DNA of 64,000 bases from Candidatus Sericytochromatia bacterium (GTDB taxonomy: Bacteria; Cyanobacteriota; Sericytochromatia; UBA7694): assembly GCA_015272195.1 (NCBI GenBank), contig JACYMC010000148.1, positions 10,159-74,158 on the forward strand, read 5' to 3'. Of the stretch, positions 21,201 to 29,266 are shown piece after piece. The translations under genes and the position numbers were made by a program. How positions within the stretch are numbered: position 1 is the stretch's first letter; each line of letters starts with the position of its first letter. The notes beneath the pieces were generated by a model, which saw only the letters and a program-made list of their open reading frames with translations, did no database searches and was not told where the DNA came from.

Positions 21201-21562
21201 CGCCCACCACCACTTTACTGGCTGGCACCTATATAGAGCAGGTGGGCTTCAGAAAACCCAATCCCGGTGATGCCCCACAGGACGCCGACTACGATGCGTT
21301 GAACCACCTGGTGGTCAACAAAGGCCGCAGCGGTGGCTCAGGCGATAACGCCTTTGTGCAGGAACTGAAGCGCATTATTGACAATCCTGAGTACCAGGAG
21401 TTGCTGCGCTACGACCTGATGAAGAATGTGTTTATTTCACATGCTTCCAACGATCCCTACAACAACGTTGTGGCCTCCAAGCTGATGTTGACCTGGGATC
21501 GCAACCGCCGCCGGACAGAAATTCAGCTGACGTCGTTTACGGCCTTTTATAAGTCCGCCTAA
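15275..21562 (+). CDS. Giant (2095 aa) hypothetical protein, Asn/Gly/Thr/Pro/Asp-rich, with an N-terminal coiled coil and no signal peptide
   Basis: A single uninterrupted ORF with a strong RBS. aa ~35-90 are a heptad coiled coil (SEQSRREQELREGLEYHQARMADLQTKLNELTEKLNNLYRQF). A Gly-rich low-complexity tract lies at ~aa 650-830. There are at least four copies of a ~25-aa motif: ITIGGTEYTVSNL, ITVNGNPYTVTSI, VGDVLTFDDGTGPRTKIVTE, VTINGETRIIDTV. No recognisable catalytic motif. Confidence 0.75.
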   Translation: MTSIFSGNLYNNYVKDQNTARLQRFDVNRFNASIPALSEQSRREQELREGLEYHQARMADLQTKLNELTEKLNNLYRQFIDSQVMFQRVGPSNKYHGTSDMTNRLRNATDETTPFNTGHPAGVNGLLPYDSPERIRNYTYNPFFGSKAIDESDVTLNRTFWREPNIVLEDAYTENGAFWSTVSYLWGWDLDRINATYVTTNDDEPLRGNTHLRLNNTGGLGPGTVITIGGTEYTVSNLVTYEDKNGNTVTDVLIPQIISLPDVGTTVTWAAGSAEVQTGTFRETYNNLQINTTALQPNKEQHPPVRTGDRIPIVNQNDPRVPPPAVNYPFLAIDGIRPGGADFSHAQNTEGRNEVGQDSLNWGWEFDDLPLALEVTGTRQDANGNIVASGYKVVYDIPRTHPQYARYRHLDGTEPMIIDAPTAMVKNRIHQNSFDYSGFIELGDGSFNASYSTILSPLPGRTNAGHPSGTNVSPYPVDFRNEYLHAGNYAQDSSGNWNQNPATSTARTYIELSSCSPFSLGANTHVSFNYDYTVTQNAVSGFYKSPSDDGAVPGTSGNGFLAHTWSGSSVSNPYRGSVGGSGPFEPPPPYAAVGATWPGGPNAFEGYPINRDFIQPGVSLPETAGQFGVILGAVNTAGDPLSDPRYDPFHWGAGIVSPGIASAIEPTNTGNGGNGLGPLRVNSVAALNLGGLPANITVNGNPYTVTSIVGNTIFTSTPISAADLAPGNTVVGTDGVSSTGVAVGNTGNGRPSALIVGSPTTFGIGTFVGVDGFVGTYEVVGYTLADGTTPGTPPPGDPGGLILNPPLSGFPTSGNVFIPGTGGGAPVGGGSDESLRLVMSQERELGNPATLENDKLFLHVLFDGDIHGIDINIRDFKIVSYSFGNQGTWENGLYNPLNDTTLGNGPLDVTGDNSLSVQNDVINKYQADKYNFTQFHNEYNNAAENGDLKDIVRSPYEYALFNIGADSVSGESSYLYGETWVDINNRRINLGLDDYNNNTHQPDWANGAGESTFQGGAVTAPATDPNNPNFFLSDNVQGVYGFIAPVHPGDSCIQNTPGVIQTALNATVDDALPYTTHRYEDRSPNHLSADPADPMRTSTPNAGVIAAAVPNYYVGTDGVNYTKANPGIGDGVVDRIMGGDDIDYRLTIPTTDLNVLQKENDIVFNFGSLPTRNYSIGIYEPFMEYRSVPGYQTVARYRVDEAGNIYDRFGEGYYDPNDPVDAVIMQELYPTRELGSGTSAVPLVNGQVSNFDGTYDNQGNYDPIDSGLLGHNRFSELGDDYNLFDYVPDLKVDPFAGDPNILRGEVYVGSLPTNFYYYREGLDNSLDGPTGDLAAGDPNGPLQNNFNRQAALNFDGRSTNVDGQFNSQHTIVYNTTMPTFSTVMLGYAEQDARLNNQKATTTFATWEGFPGMGAPTAPAVRLIGTTGTVDNALDALGLSYDKFAEMDNNSSITVDTRVDSSRQGHLLIYEYAPDYSQEPILRTANVIANPTGTGAAYGNGNGGSVWLSDVSFIQVGDVLTFDDGTGPRTKIVTERNLTGPGNAGSIRFEANQPNPGDNVPVEGPITFGVFRKREAVMRAIPHAIPLPLDPTDDPFVFDSYNVKTTMARTGSVYDPVSDTTIVHVDNAAAFLTSPIPPTMTIEIGAPPYYTGTITSSDVDITTTPNIIRVPGNVSPLPVYDTPVVMRGPQFTVQVADGDAPNSQFTITYDDRGTNLPGNIATVELSPEMDRAGRFLGDDARTVADTETANVAPEYFAGSPPGYVQPDAQINLQLVAQDKDGNQQPRRLREIRVTIDSGEQIILGPTGAIRQYYGTNAASFNGDGTAANGTPDPNEPNGIDINEAWPVALYDKFNDLLNPTSTDDLGISVGYYQGILDGATTTVIPVTTVGEFEFAEGKEVTINGETRIIDTVDTGANTITLTEPLTRPPRVGDRVNLGNSIGTEDLIMYLNRSQAMSTNAPIEIEMVWQDYEVTGYPPTTTLLAGTYIEQVGFRKPNPGDAPQDADYDALNHLVVNKGRSGGSGDNAFVQELKRIIDNPEYQELLRYDLMKNVFISHASNDPYNNVVASKLMLTWDRNRRRTEIQLTSFTAFYKSA

Positions 21563-24500
21563 ATGCAGACCTGTCCGCAGCATCACCTTAAAACGGGTAA
21601 AATCTGCCGGGAGTGTGGCCATGTGTATCCCCTGGCAACAGGGGATACTTTTGGTGCACTGGAAGTCATTGAAAGAATACCTGGGCCTGCGCGGCTGCAT
21701 CTTTACCATTGCCGTCACCAGGATCAGGACTATGCGCTCTGGGAAGGGCTCGAAATTTACCAGCCCACTTACCGTGAGCAGATGATTCGTGTGCTGGACG
21801 CACAGCCTTTGTCCGGTGTGCCTGAAGTGCAGAATTTCTCGATTGATGATATGCCCAGTGAAGCCAATATTTTATATCTGTTGTACGACTGGGCTCCCTA
21901 TGCAAGCAGTCAGACGCTCGATAGCCTCAGTCAGCAGGCGGGTATTTTGCCGGCTGAGCAGATCCATCTGATCATGACGCAGCTGCTCGAACTTCTGGCT
22001 GAACTGGAGTTGCGCCAGTGGGTCTGGAACAGCTTTCACAGCCATTACCTTTATTTTGATCCAGAACAGCAGAAGGTTTTCCCAGGGCTGGCGTTTTATG
22101 CCCAGGAGTTGACCCCAGGTGCCATCAGTCCGGTGGTGTTTAAAGGTTTTTCACCGCCTGAGCAGATTCGCTCCGGCGAGGTGTTTCGGGAAACCGATCG
22201 CTTTGGCCTGGCCATGACGCTGGTGCAGTTGTGTACAGGTCTCTCGCCGGCGCTCTGGGCGCCTGATTTGCCCGGCTTCAAACGCTATCAGTACATCTGG
22301 GGCAAAGCGCTGATGGATTTTTATACCCAGCTGATGCAGCCGGTAGAACAGGTGCCCGCCAGCCGTCTGATCGACAGCTGGAAAGCCCTCAAAACAGATC
22401 TGCTGTCGCATAAAATCCTGCCGGCGATGCAGGAAGAGCTCCGGGTTTTTAATGCTGGTCTGCAGGCTTATACGGCTCAGGACCTCAATACGGCCCTCGA
22501 AAACTGGCTCAGTGTTCAGCGTGGAAGCCTGCACAATCCGCATCTGGCTGCTTATATTGCGCGCGCCCTCTGGAAAAAGCACCTGAAACATGAGGCCCTG
22601 GCCTGGTATGGCGAGGCCATCCGGCGTGAATCCCTGGGGCTGTTTTATCAGGAGGTGGGCGCCTGCTATGAAGCCGACAAGCAGACAGAACGGGCAGAGC
22701 GCGCTTACAGACAGGCCGTGACACGCATCCCCTATATGCCAGAGCCCTATAACGGCCTGGGTCGTTGTGCCAAAAACCGCCAGAATTTTAAAACCGCCAA
22801 ACTGTGTTTTGAAAAATCACTTCAGATTCATCCAACCTGGGAAGCCCGTGAAATGCTGGATGAAATCGCCGCCATTCAGTTTCCGACCACGCACAAAAGC
22901 AAACACCAGCCCCAGACCCCGACCCGGGCTTCTCTGCAAATTAACCTGACGCCAACCCTCTGGGAGCATTTTGATAAAAACAAAAATATTGCCGCCTACC
23001 GCGTCAAAGAAGTGGGAGAGCAAATTGGCCCTTATACCATTGACGCGGTTTTGCGCGAGCGCAATCTGGTCAAAGGCAACCGATCCTCTATTTATCGGGT
23101 GCATAACGCCGCTGCCGAATCGTTTTTTGTTAAGGAAGTGCTGCTGGATGTCTCTGGCAGCGGGACCTTTTACAAAGAAAAAGTTCTGTTGCAAAAGCTT
23201 AGTCATCCGGGTATTCCTCCCGTGCATGACAGCTTTGAAGCCAATGACTGTGGCTATCTGGTTCAGCCTTTTCTGCAAGTACCCTCTTTGGAGCAGTATC
23301 TGAATACCGAAGGCATTTTACCTGAAGCTGAAATCCGCGCGATTTTGACGCAGGGCTTGCAGCTGATTGCCTATCTGCAAAGCCAGCAGATCATTCATGC
23401 CGATATCAAACCCGAAAACCTGCACTGGGATGCTGCCGCCCAACAACTGTATCTGACCGACTTTGATATTGCCGTTGAGCACAAGCCCGCACGTCCCCAA
23501 AACAATTTTTCTGTGGGGGTGACGGCGGGTTTTGCTGCGCCTGAACAACTTGAAATCAAAGCGGTTAACCTCACAACAGATGTCTTTGCCCTCGCACTGA
23601 CCTGCCTCAATCTGAGCACAGGCTTAAATCCCAAACTCTTTTATCACCATCAGAAACGGGCTTACAGATCCTGTACCCAACTGCCGCAGTTGAGCCGGCC
23701 TTTTGGTAAATTTTTAGACAAACTGCTGACCTGCGATCTGAAACAACGCGCTCAGCGTTATCAGCAGGCCCAGGACCTGTTAGCTGAACTCCAGCAGGCC
23801 TTTGCCCAGGCTCCCAAAGTGCTGAGTAAAGCCCAGCGTGAAGTGGGGCATCTGATTCGGGAAGTGGCCCTTTGTCATCAGGATCCAGAGCGACTGGCTG
23901 CCATTGCAGCCCAGTTGCATCACAAGAGCCAGGACGCCAAAGTTGACTATCTGCTGGCTTTTGCTTATCTGGATCATCAACAGTGGGATGCGGCCTTTGT
24001 CGCCTACGATCGGGCCATGGCCAAAGATCCCCGCTGGCTGTTACCCTATTACGGCAAAAGTGCGGCCCTCGCCGATCAGGGCAAGCATTCTGATGCCATT
24101 GCCCTGCTTAAAAAAAGCCTTGATTACTGCAAAACCGAGAGCCTGCCTTACAGCTTGCTGGCCCGCTGCTTTATTGCCCAAAAAAAATTCAAACTGGCGC
24201 TGCAGCTTTATCAGAAAGCCTTGAAACTGGACCCCACCAACAAACAAATCTATCTCGATACCGCCCATTTGCACATCCGTCTGGGTGGATTTGAAAGCGC
24301 CCGCAAACTCTGTGAGCAGGCCCTGGAGTATGCCCCGACATCGGCCCGGGCCTTTCAGCTCCTGCAAATGATCTGCGGTATTCAGGAAAACTACCCCGCA
24401 GCCATTGAGTATGGTGAGCGGGCTGCCATGCTCAGACCCCATCGCATCAATGTTCAGTATGATCTGGGTTTCTCATATTTTCGCGCGGGTTACTATATCA

Positions 24501-24712
24501 AAGCGCTCAAACAATTTCAGCGCTGCCTGGAGTTGGATCCGGAGCATGTGCAAAGCCTTTATTATCTGGCTGACAGCTTACTGGAGCTGGGCCGTCTGGA
24601 AGAAGCGCGCAAATACTTTCAGAAAGTTCGTTTACATGCTGAACTGCAGGAAGCCGTCAAGCGTAAACTGGCGTTAATTGAGGACAGTCTATCTCAAAAC
24701 ACAGCAGCCTGA
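21563..24712 (+). CDS. Multidomain signalling protein: N-terminal Zn-ribbon, degenerate (pseudo)kinase domain, TPRs, active-looking Ser/Thr protein kinase domain, C-terminal TPR array
   Basis: 1049 aa. The ATG abuts the giant-protein TAA (TAAATG). CPQHH...CRECGH is a zinc ribbon. The first kinase-like domain lacks HRD/K. The second has VKEVLL (beta3 K), IIHADIKPENLHW (~23394-23417), LTDFDIAV, GFAAPEQL and DVFALALT. TPR-like repeats lie between the two kinase-like domains and at the C-terminus (e.g. AYLDHQQWDAAFVAYDRAMAKDP). Confidence 0.8.
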   Translation: MQTCPQHHLKTGKICRECGHVYPLATGDTFGALEVIERIPGPARLHLYHCRHQDQDYALWEGLEIYQPTYREQMIRVLDAQPLSGVPEVQNFSIDDMPSEANILYLLYDWAPYASSQTLDSLSQQAGILPAEQIHLIMTQLLELLAELELRQWVWNSFHSHYLYFDPEQQKVFPGLAFYAQELTPGAISPVVFKGFSPPEQIRSGEVFRETDRFGLAMTLVQLCTGLSPALWAPDLPGFKRYQYIWGKALMDFYTQLMQPVEQVPASRLIDSWKALKTDLLSHKILPAMQEELRVFNAGLQAYTAQDLNTALENWLSVQRGSLHNPHLAAYIARALWKKHLKHEALAWYGEAIRRESLGLFYQEVGACYEADKQTERAERAYRQAVTRIPYMPEPYNGLGRCAKNRQNFKTAKLCFEKSLQIHPTWEAREMLDEIAAIQFPTTHKSKHQPQTPTRASLQINLTPTLWEHFDKNKNIAAYRVKEVGEQIGPYTIDAVLRERNLVKGNRSSIYRVHNAAAESFFVKEVLLDVSGSGTFYKEKVLLQKLSHPGIPPVHDSFEANDCGYLVQPFLQVPSLEQYLNTEGILPEAEIRAILTQGLQLIAYLQSQQIIHADIKPENLHWDAAAQQLYLTDFDIAVEHKPARPQNNFSVGVTAGFAAPEQLEIKAVNLTTDVFALALTCLNLSTGLNPKLFYHHQKRAYRSCTQLPQLSRPFGKFLDKLLTCDLKQRAQRYQQAQDLLAELQQAFAQAPKVLSKAQREVGHLIREVALCHQDPERLAAIAAQLHHKSQDAKVDYLLAFAYLDHQQWDAAFVAYDRAMAKDPRWLLPYYGKSAALADQGKHSDAIALLKKSLDYCKTESLPYSLLARCFIAQKKFKLALQLYQKALKLDPTNKQIYLDTAHLHIRLGGFESARKLCEQALEYAPTSARAFQLLQMICGIQENYPAAIEYGERAAMLRPHRINVQYDLGFSYFRAGYYIKALKQFQRCLELDPEHVQSLYYLADSLLELGRLEEARKYFQKVRLHAELQEAVKRKLALIEDSLSQNTAA

Positions 24713-26191
24713 CTAAAACAGCAGGCCGTCAAAATCAGCGTCAACAAAGTGAAAGAAACAGACGCTGACCCGTGAGCCGCTGGGCAGAGGGTTGCGCCAG
24801 TGTGGATAACGGCTGCCCCGGTAGACAATGGCGTCTCCCATTTCCAGACGGACGGCTTCAATACCCTGCGGCAGCTCCAGATAAATCGGCCAGGCCTGTG
24901 CTCGGGTCTGCTCAGGATCTGTGTCCAGAACCAGTGAAACATTCCAGGCACATTGTTCCCGGTCGGTGTGGCGGGGCAGTCGGGCCCCTGAATGATACAG
25001 GGCAAAATAACAATAAGAAGCTTTCAGGGGTGTCTGGGTGATTTCTGAAATGACCGGATAAAACTGCTGGTGTAAAAACCGGCACATGGGCTCATTATGC
25101 ATGCCAAAACGATTGCTGACAAAGGGATCACCGTTTAGCAGATAACCTTCCTGGTGAATGCTTCGTAAGTAGTGTCTGGCTGCGGCAATCTGCAAAGGGT
25201 TCAGCAAACCGGGAATCACGCAGAAATCTGTCGCTGCAAGCTGTTTCTGCAGCGTCTGACGGTCTGGCCGGGACGCTGTCAGCAATAATCCGGCATCCTG
25301 CCAGGTTCGGCGCTCGGCCTCGGTCAGATCCGTTAGGGGCAGCTTACCTTCCAGCAGTGCCTGCAACCGCTCTTTATGTTCTGCAGGCACCTGAAAGGGG
25401 GTCCAGATGTGGTTGCGCGGATCTTTGAGCCAGAGCAGGGGTGGTTGCATCTGAATGCGGTCTGACACAAAGGGCAGTTGCACGGCTTCAGGTAAATCAG
25501 GACCCTCCTGCCAGCCCCAGCTGGGATTCAGCTGTAAAGATTCTGCCAGCGGCTGGACGCGCGCAGCATAAGGGTACAGCGGATCGTCTGCCTGCAGCCT
25601 GGGGGTATAAGATACCGCCTGCGGCACTTTATCGGGTGCACAGAGCAGGCCCAGCTGTTGCAGGATGCGGGCTTCCTGAACAGAGAAATGTTTGTGGGTC
25701 GCCGTAAAGAAGCGCCAGAGCAGACGGCAGATATCAGGCTGGCGTTCCCAGTCAAACAACTGGGCCCGCACATGCTGATGCCGCAGCGGCACGTCTACTT
25801 CCACCTGCAGGCGGGCCTGAAAATTAAAGCTCAGCCAATTTTGCTTGCTTTCTGGCGGCGGCTGGTAAGTTTGCAGTGCTGTTGATTCATCTGTTGCAGA
25901 GGCCAGGATGCCGCGTAGAGACAGTTTTTCAAAGGGCAATAAAAGCCCCATATGTCTGAGCAAGGCAATATCGGTCGCATGCAGCAAAGGCTGTTCTTCA
26001 GCCGGCTCAGAGGCTTGAAACAGGCTCCAGAAGATCTGGCAAAGTCGTGGATCGTCACTCCACTTGATAATAAAGGGTTGTTGGGGATCTGAATAACCAG
26101 GAACCCAGATTCCCAGCTTGAGATCGGCAAAAGGATGAATCACCCAGGGCATTACCTGAGGCCCCGGGTGAGACGTTGCCGGCATATGCAT
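24713..26191 (-). CDS. Hypothetical protein with a C-terminal Fe(II)/2-oxoglutarate-dependent oxygenase-like (cupin, HxD...H) domain
   Basis: 492 aa. C-terminus ...YHSGARLPRHTDREQ...(~50 aa)...RGSRYPHWRNP...RVSV gives an HxD...H facial-triad-like spacing, with an Arg/Ser downstream. The N-terminal ~300 aa carry three repeats ending in a GLLL motif (LLRHMGLLLPFEK, ILQQLGLLCAPDK, TWQDAGLLLTASR). The gene ends zero nt from the convergent kinase gene. Confidence 0.5.
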   Translation of the reverse strand: MHMPATSHPGPQVMPWVIHPFADLKLGIWVPGYSDPQQPFIIKWSDDPRLCQIFWSLFQASEPAEEQPLLHATDIALLRHMGLLLPFEKLSLRGILASATDESTALQTYQPPPESKQNWLSFNFQARLQVEVDVPLRHQHVRAQLFDWERQPDICRLLWRFFTATHKHFSVQEARILQQLGLLCAPDKVPQAVSYTPRLQADDPLYPYAARVQPLAESLQLNPSWGWQEGPDLPEAVQLPFVSDRIQMQPPLLWLKDPRNHIWTPFQVPAEHKERLQALLEGKLPLTDLTEAERRTWQDAGLLLTASRPDRQTLQKQLAATDFCVIPGLLNPLQIAAARHYLRSIHQEGYLLNGDPFVSNRFGMHNEPMCRFLHQQFYPVISEITQTPLKASYCYFALYHSGARLPRHTDREQCAWNVSLVLDTDPEQTRAQAWPIYLELPQGIEAVRLEMGDAIVYRGSRYPHWRNPLPSGSRVSVCFFHFVDADFDGLLF

Positions 26192-26196
26192 CCGGC

Positions 26197-28845
26197 TTAA
26201 AAAGCAGGTGCGACGGCGTTGCCGGTGTTGGCGTAGTTACCACCAATTTTAGGCCAGGGAGCGTCGGCCTTATTGGTGGCCAGCCCCTGAACATCCACTT
26301 TCAGTGAACGCAAATAGGTAAAATCACCATAATTGCCTGAGCGCGTTGTGATGTACATATAGCCATCGTGAAACGCATTGCCTGCAGAAAAGAAGCCGCC
26401 AGGAAATATCTGGCTTTTGACTTCACCGTCGACCGGATTTAACTCATAAATACGGCCATCCACAGTGGATGAGGCAATGTACAAGGCCAGACTGCCATCG
26501 GTTTTCTTGACCACGTCCGGTGAGCCAAAAAGCATCAGCGGAGGCCGCATCCGCCCGACCTGGGTTTTCCAGTTCAGAATCAGGGGATCGTTCCAGTTAT
26601 TGCCCTGCCGGAAAGAGTGCACTTCGCCGTAATCGTTGGCCACATAAATATGGGTTTCGCCGCCGATATTGGCGAGGGTTGGGGGAAAGTTGGTCTGGCC
26701 GGTTACCGCAAACTTGGCTTCGGTGGTATAAACCTTGGCCAGTTGACGCGATGCCGGGTGGTAGGCGTACAAATAGCCCTCAGAATCAAAGTTGTTGCCA
26801 CCGACATTAAACATTTTGTAGGCGGTGAAATACACGACCTCTTCGCCATTGGGCAATTGATCAATGACCGGGCTGCTGTTTTCGTGCAGCATCTCACCCT
26901 GTGGCAGGGGGAAGCGCAGGCGGCGCAGGTTGCCATAGACCTGCAGCTCTTGGTCCAGGCCATCGAGGGGATTGTTTTCGTTGACATCAATCACCACCAG
27001 CTCAGGCGCATTGGTTTCGTTGTTCTGGGCTCCCGTCAGGGCAAACAGGCGCTTACTGGGTACCGTTTCTCCGGTCACATTGCCGTCGGCATCTTTGATG
27101 GTGTCGGTATAGAGCTTTTCTGACAGAGCGCCACCTGTTGTAAAGTTCAGCTGAGAAGATCGTACGGGTAAGGTGTTGCCGTTATGATCCAGCTCATTCT
27201 CTATAAATTGACCGCCCAGGACTTTAGATGCTTTATACAGGGGGGCAAAGCCTACCAGCTGACCATCTTTGATTTTATAGATGCCCCGGAAGGGAAAATC
27301 AGAGTTTACGCCGTTAAATGCGGCATACACCACGTCGGTCTGTGCGCAGCCTTCGCCTTCGCGATCGAGCACCGGCACAAAACGCGTACGGTTCATATCC
27401 AGCAGGCGCGGGTTATCATCATCATGCGCACAGACCTGACATGCAGCGTCCGGATCGTCGGCCGGCTGGGCAAAATCATAACGCCAGAGGGTTTGCAGAT
27501 TATCCTGACGCAGAGCATAAACCGTGCCGTTGCCTGGTACGTTGCCTTCCAGATTAACCGGGTTGGCGTATCGGCGCGACATGACAAATACGGCTGGCTG
27601 CGATCCCGGGCCACCATTACAGCTGGTATCATCAGCAGTACGGGTCACACCCAGAGCAGGGTGAGGGCTGTCGATGCGGTTGAGATCGTTGCGGAAGACC
27701 ATGCCGCCAAACTGTCCATTGCCCAGCAGCTGAACAGCCTGGATGGTTTCCTGGCTGTCGCGGATGGTTACATCCAACACGCGGTTATTTAAAAACAGAC
27801 GCTTGGTCTCAGGGTTAAAGGCAAGGGTACCACCTGTCGAATCTCTTTGCTGCAAACGCTGCCGGCCGACCAGAAACAGAGGGAATCGGTAATCCGCTGG
27901 ATTGGCGTTTTGCCCTGATTCTGCGGTTAACTCAAGGGTGCTGCCCGCCAAAGAATGATCTGCCTGAATGATACCATCAGACAAATGTTCTGCAATTTTA
28001 AAGAAGTCAATATCGGCCAGTGAAATCGGGGGCGGCAGGGCCATGCCCTCCTCGCTTTCCGGCGTCAGTGCTTCAATACGCGAAAAGCGCACCAGACTGT
28101 TGCTGACCGGCAAAGCCAGTTCAGGCTCATTGCCACCCTGTTCCGTGGCCGGAAAATTAGCGGTAGGATTGCTGTCTGCTCCCGTAAAAGCATCGGCAAA
28201 AGCCTGAAGTTTATCGAGGTCCAGCTTGATCTGAAACTGAGGGTTCGACACTGTGCCGTCCAACTCGTAGCCGAGCTGCAGCGGTGATAGCGTGGTTTGC
28301 AGGGCTTCGAGAATGCGGGCTGCCACGGTGGTGCGCTGATTGATAACCACTTCTTCGGATGGAACGTGAAACGCTGCTTTAAGCTGCTGAATTTCACTCT
28401 GGTCATTATTATTCGAGTACAGACGGAGGGTTACCACCCAGTTAAAACCACCCGGTACATCGGCACCCAGCAGGAACTGATTGCCACTGACCGGTACAAA
28501 GCCGTTTTCGTCGGCGCCGTTGGCGTAAATAGGGGTACGTTGCCCCATGGCGTCTAAAAAGTACTTGTTCCAGATTTCAAGTTTGGCGTACTGGGCTGTG
28601 GCCACTTGCTGCGTGCTGAAGCCACCGCCTGCACCGGGTAAATCCACGCGAAAGCTCACCTGGTGGTTTTGCTGAGCGGCTTCCTGCTGTGCCTGGGCAA
28701 GCTGCTGGGCATACTGAGAGCTGACGCCCGACTGAGAGCTGACGCGCGGAGAAACCAGCGTTGGAGACGAGCCAGGAGCCATGCACGCTGATAAAGCCAA
28801 CGTCAAGGCGGCACTGAAAGCAAAACCTTTAGAAAAATACTTCAT
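26197..28845 (-). CDS. Secreted lipoprotein (882 aa) with a beta-propeller (PQQ/WD-like repeat) C-terminal region
   Basis: MKYFSKGFAFSAALTLALSAC (lipobox LSAC). A Gln-rich linker. C-terminal repeated GxxYxx/YVANDYGEVHSF / YIASSTVDGRIYEL blades. 5 nt upstream of the oxygenase gene. Confidence 0.6.
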   Translation of the reverse strand: MKYFSKGFAFSAALTLALSACMAPGSSPTLVSPRVSSQSGVSSQYAQQLAQAQQEAAQQNHQVSFRVDLPGAGGGFSTQQVATAQYAKLEIWNKYFLDAMGQRTPIYANGADENGFVPVSGNQFLLGADVPGGFNWVVTLRLYSNNNDQSEIQQLKAAFHVPSEEVVINQRTTVAARILEALQTTLSPLQLGYELDGTVSNPQFQIKLDLDKLQAFADAFTGADSNPTANFPATEQGGNEPELALPVSNSLVRFSRIEALTPESEEGMALPPPISLADIDFFKIAEHLSDGIIQADHSLAGSTLELTAESGQNANPADYRFPLFLVGRQRLQQRDSTGGTLAFNPETKRLFLNNRVLDVTIRDSQETIQAVQLLGNGQFGGMVFRNDLNRIDSPHPALGVTRTADDTSCNGGPGSQPAVFVMSRRYANPVNLEGNVPGNGTVYALRQDNLQTLWRYDFAQPADDPDAACQVCAHDDDNPRLLDMNRTRFVPVLDREGEGCAQTDVVYAAFNGVNSDFPFRGIYKIKDGQLVGFAPLYKASKVLGGQFIENELDHNGNTLPVRSSQLNFTTGGALSEKLYTDTIKDADGNVTGETVPSKRLFALTGAQNNETNAPELVVIDVNENNPLDGLDQELQVYGNLRRLRFPLPQGEMLHENSSPVIDQLPNGEEVVYFTAYKMFNVGGNNFDSEGYLYAYHPASRQLAKVYTTEAKFAVTGQTNFPPTLANIGGETHIYVANDYGEVHSFRQGNNWNDPLILNWKTQVGRMRPPLMLFGSPDVVKKTDGSLALYIASSTVDGRIYELNPVDGEVKSQIFPGGFFSAGNAFHDGYMYITTRSGNYGDFTYLRSLKVDVQGLATNKADAPWPKIGGNYANTGNAVAPAF

Positions 28846-29266
28846 TGTGAACTGATCCTCCCTAAAACCTGTTTGCTGAAGCGCCAGATGTGTTTTGACG
28901 CCTCTGTTTTGATGTTTTCAACAAACAAGTGCCTGTCTCCTGAGCTGCTGCTTTTAATCTACACCATATTACAAGTCAGAAAAAAGCGTATGCAGATAGA
29001 TTGCTGCTTGTTGATTTGTAGGTGCTGAACTTGCTGTGCCGCCTGAATTTAATGTTGATTTAAAAAAAAAGCTTGTTTTTGTTGCGTAAAAGAAACAATG
29101 TTATTTCTTGATTAAAAACAATTTGTTTTTGCTGGCTCTCAGGCACGAACAAGCGCGAGAATAAGATAAGAAACACATCAAGGTCTCTCTTTGCAGAACC
29201 GCACATACCTGAAACGAATCGGCCGGAAACCCATAAGGTGTTGTTTGAAATGAAGGAGTCTGAAAA
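28846..29266. promoter_or_regulatory. 421-nt AT-rich divergent promoter region between the two beta-propeller lipoprotein operons
   Basis: An A9 run (~29055-29063), several TTGTTTTTG repeats, and AGGAG 7 nt before ATG 29267. Confidence 0.45.

Noticed and set aside
15275-21562. Giant protein as a giant flagellin or FlgK-type hook-associated protein, considered because of the nearby fliW-csrA
   Set aside because: The N- and C-termini lack the conserved flagellin D0 segments and the FlgK/FlgL terminal motifs. The gene lies 14 kb from fliW on the other side of several unrelated operons.
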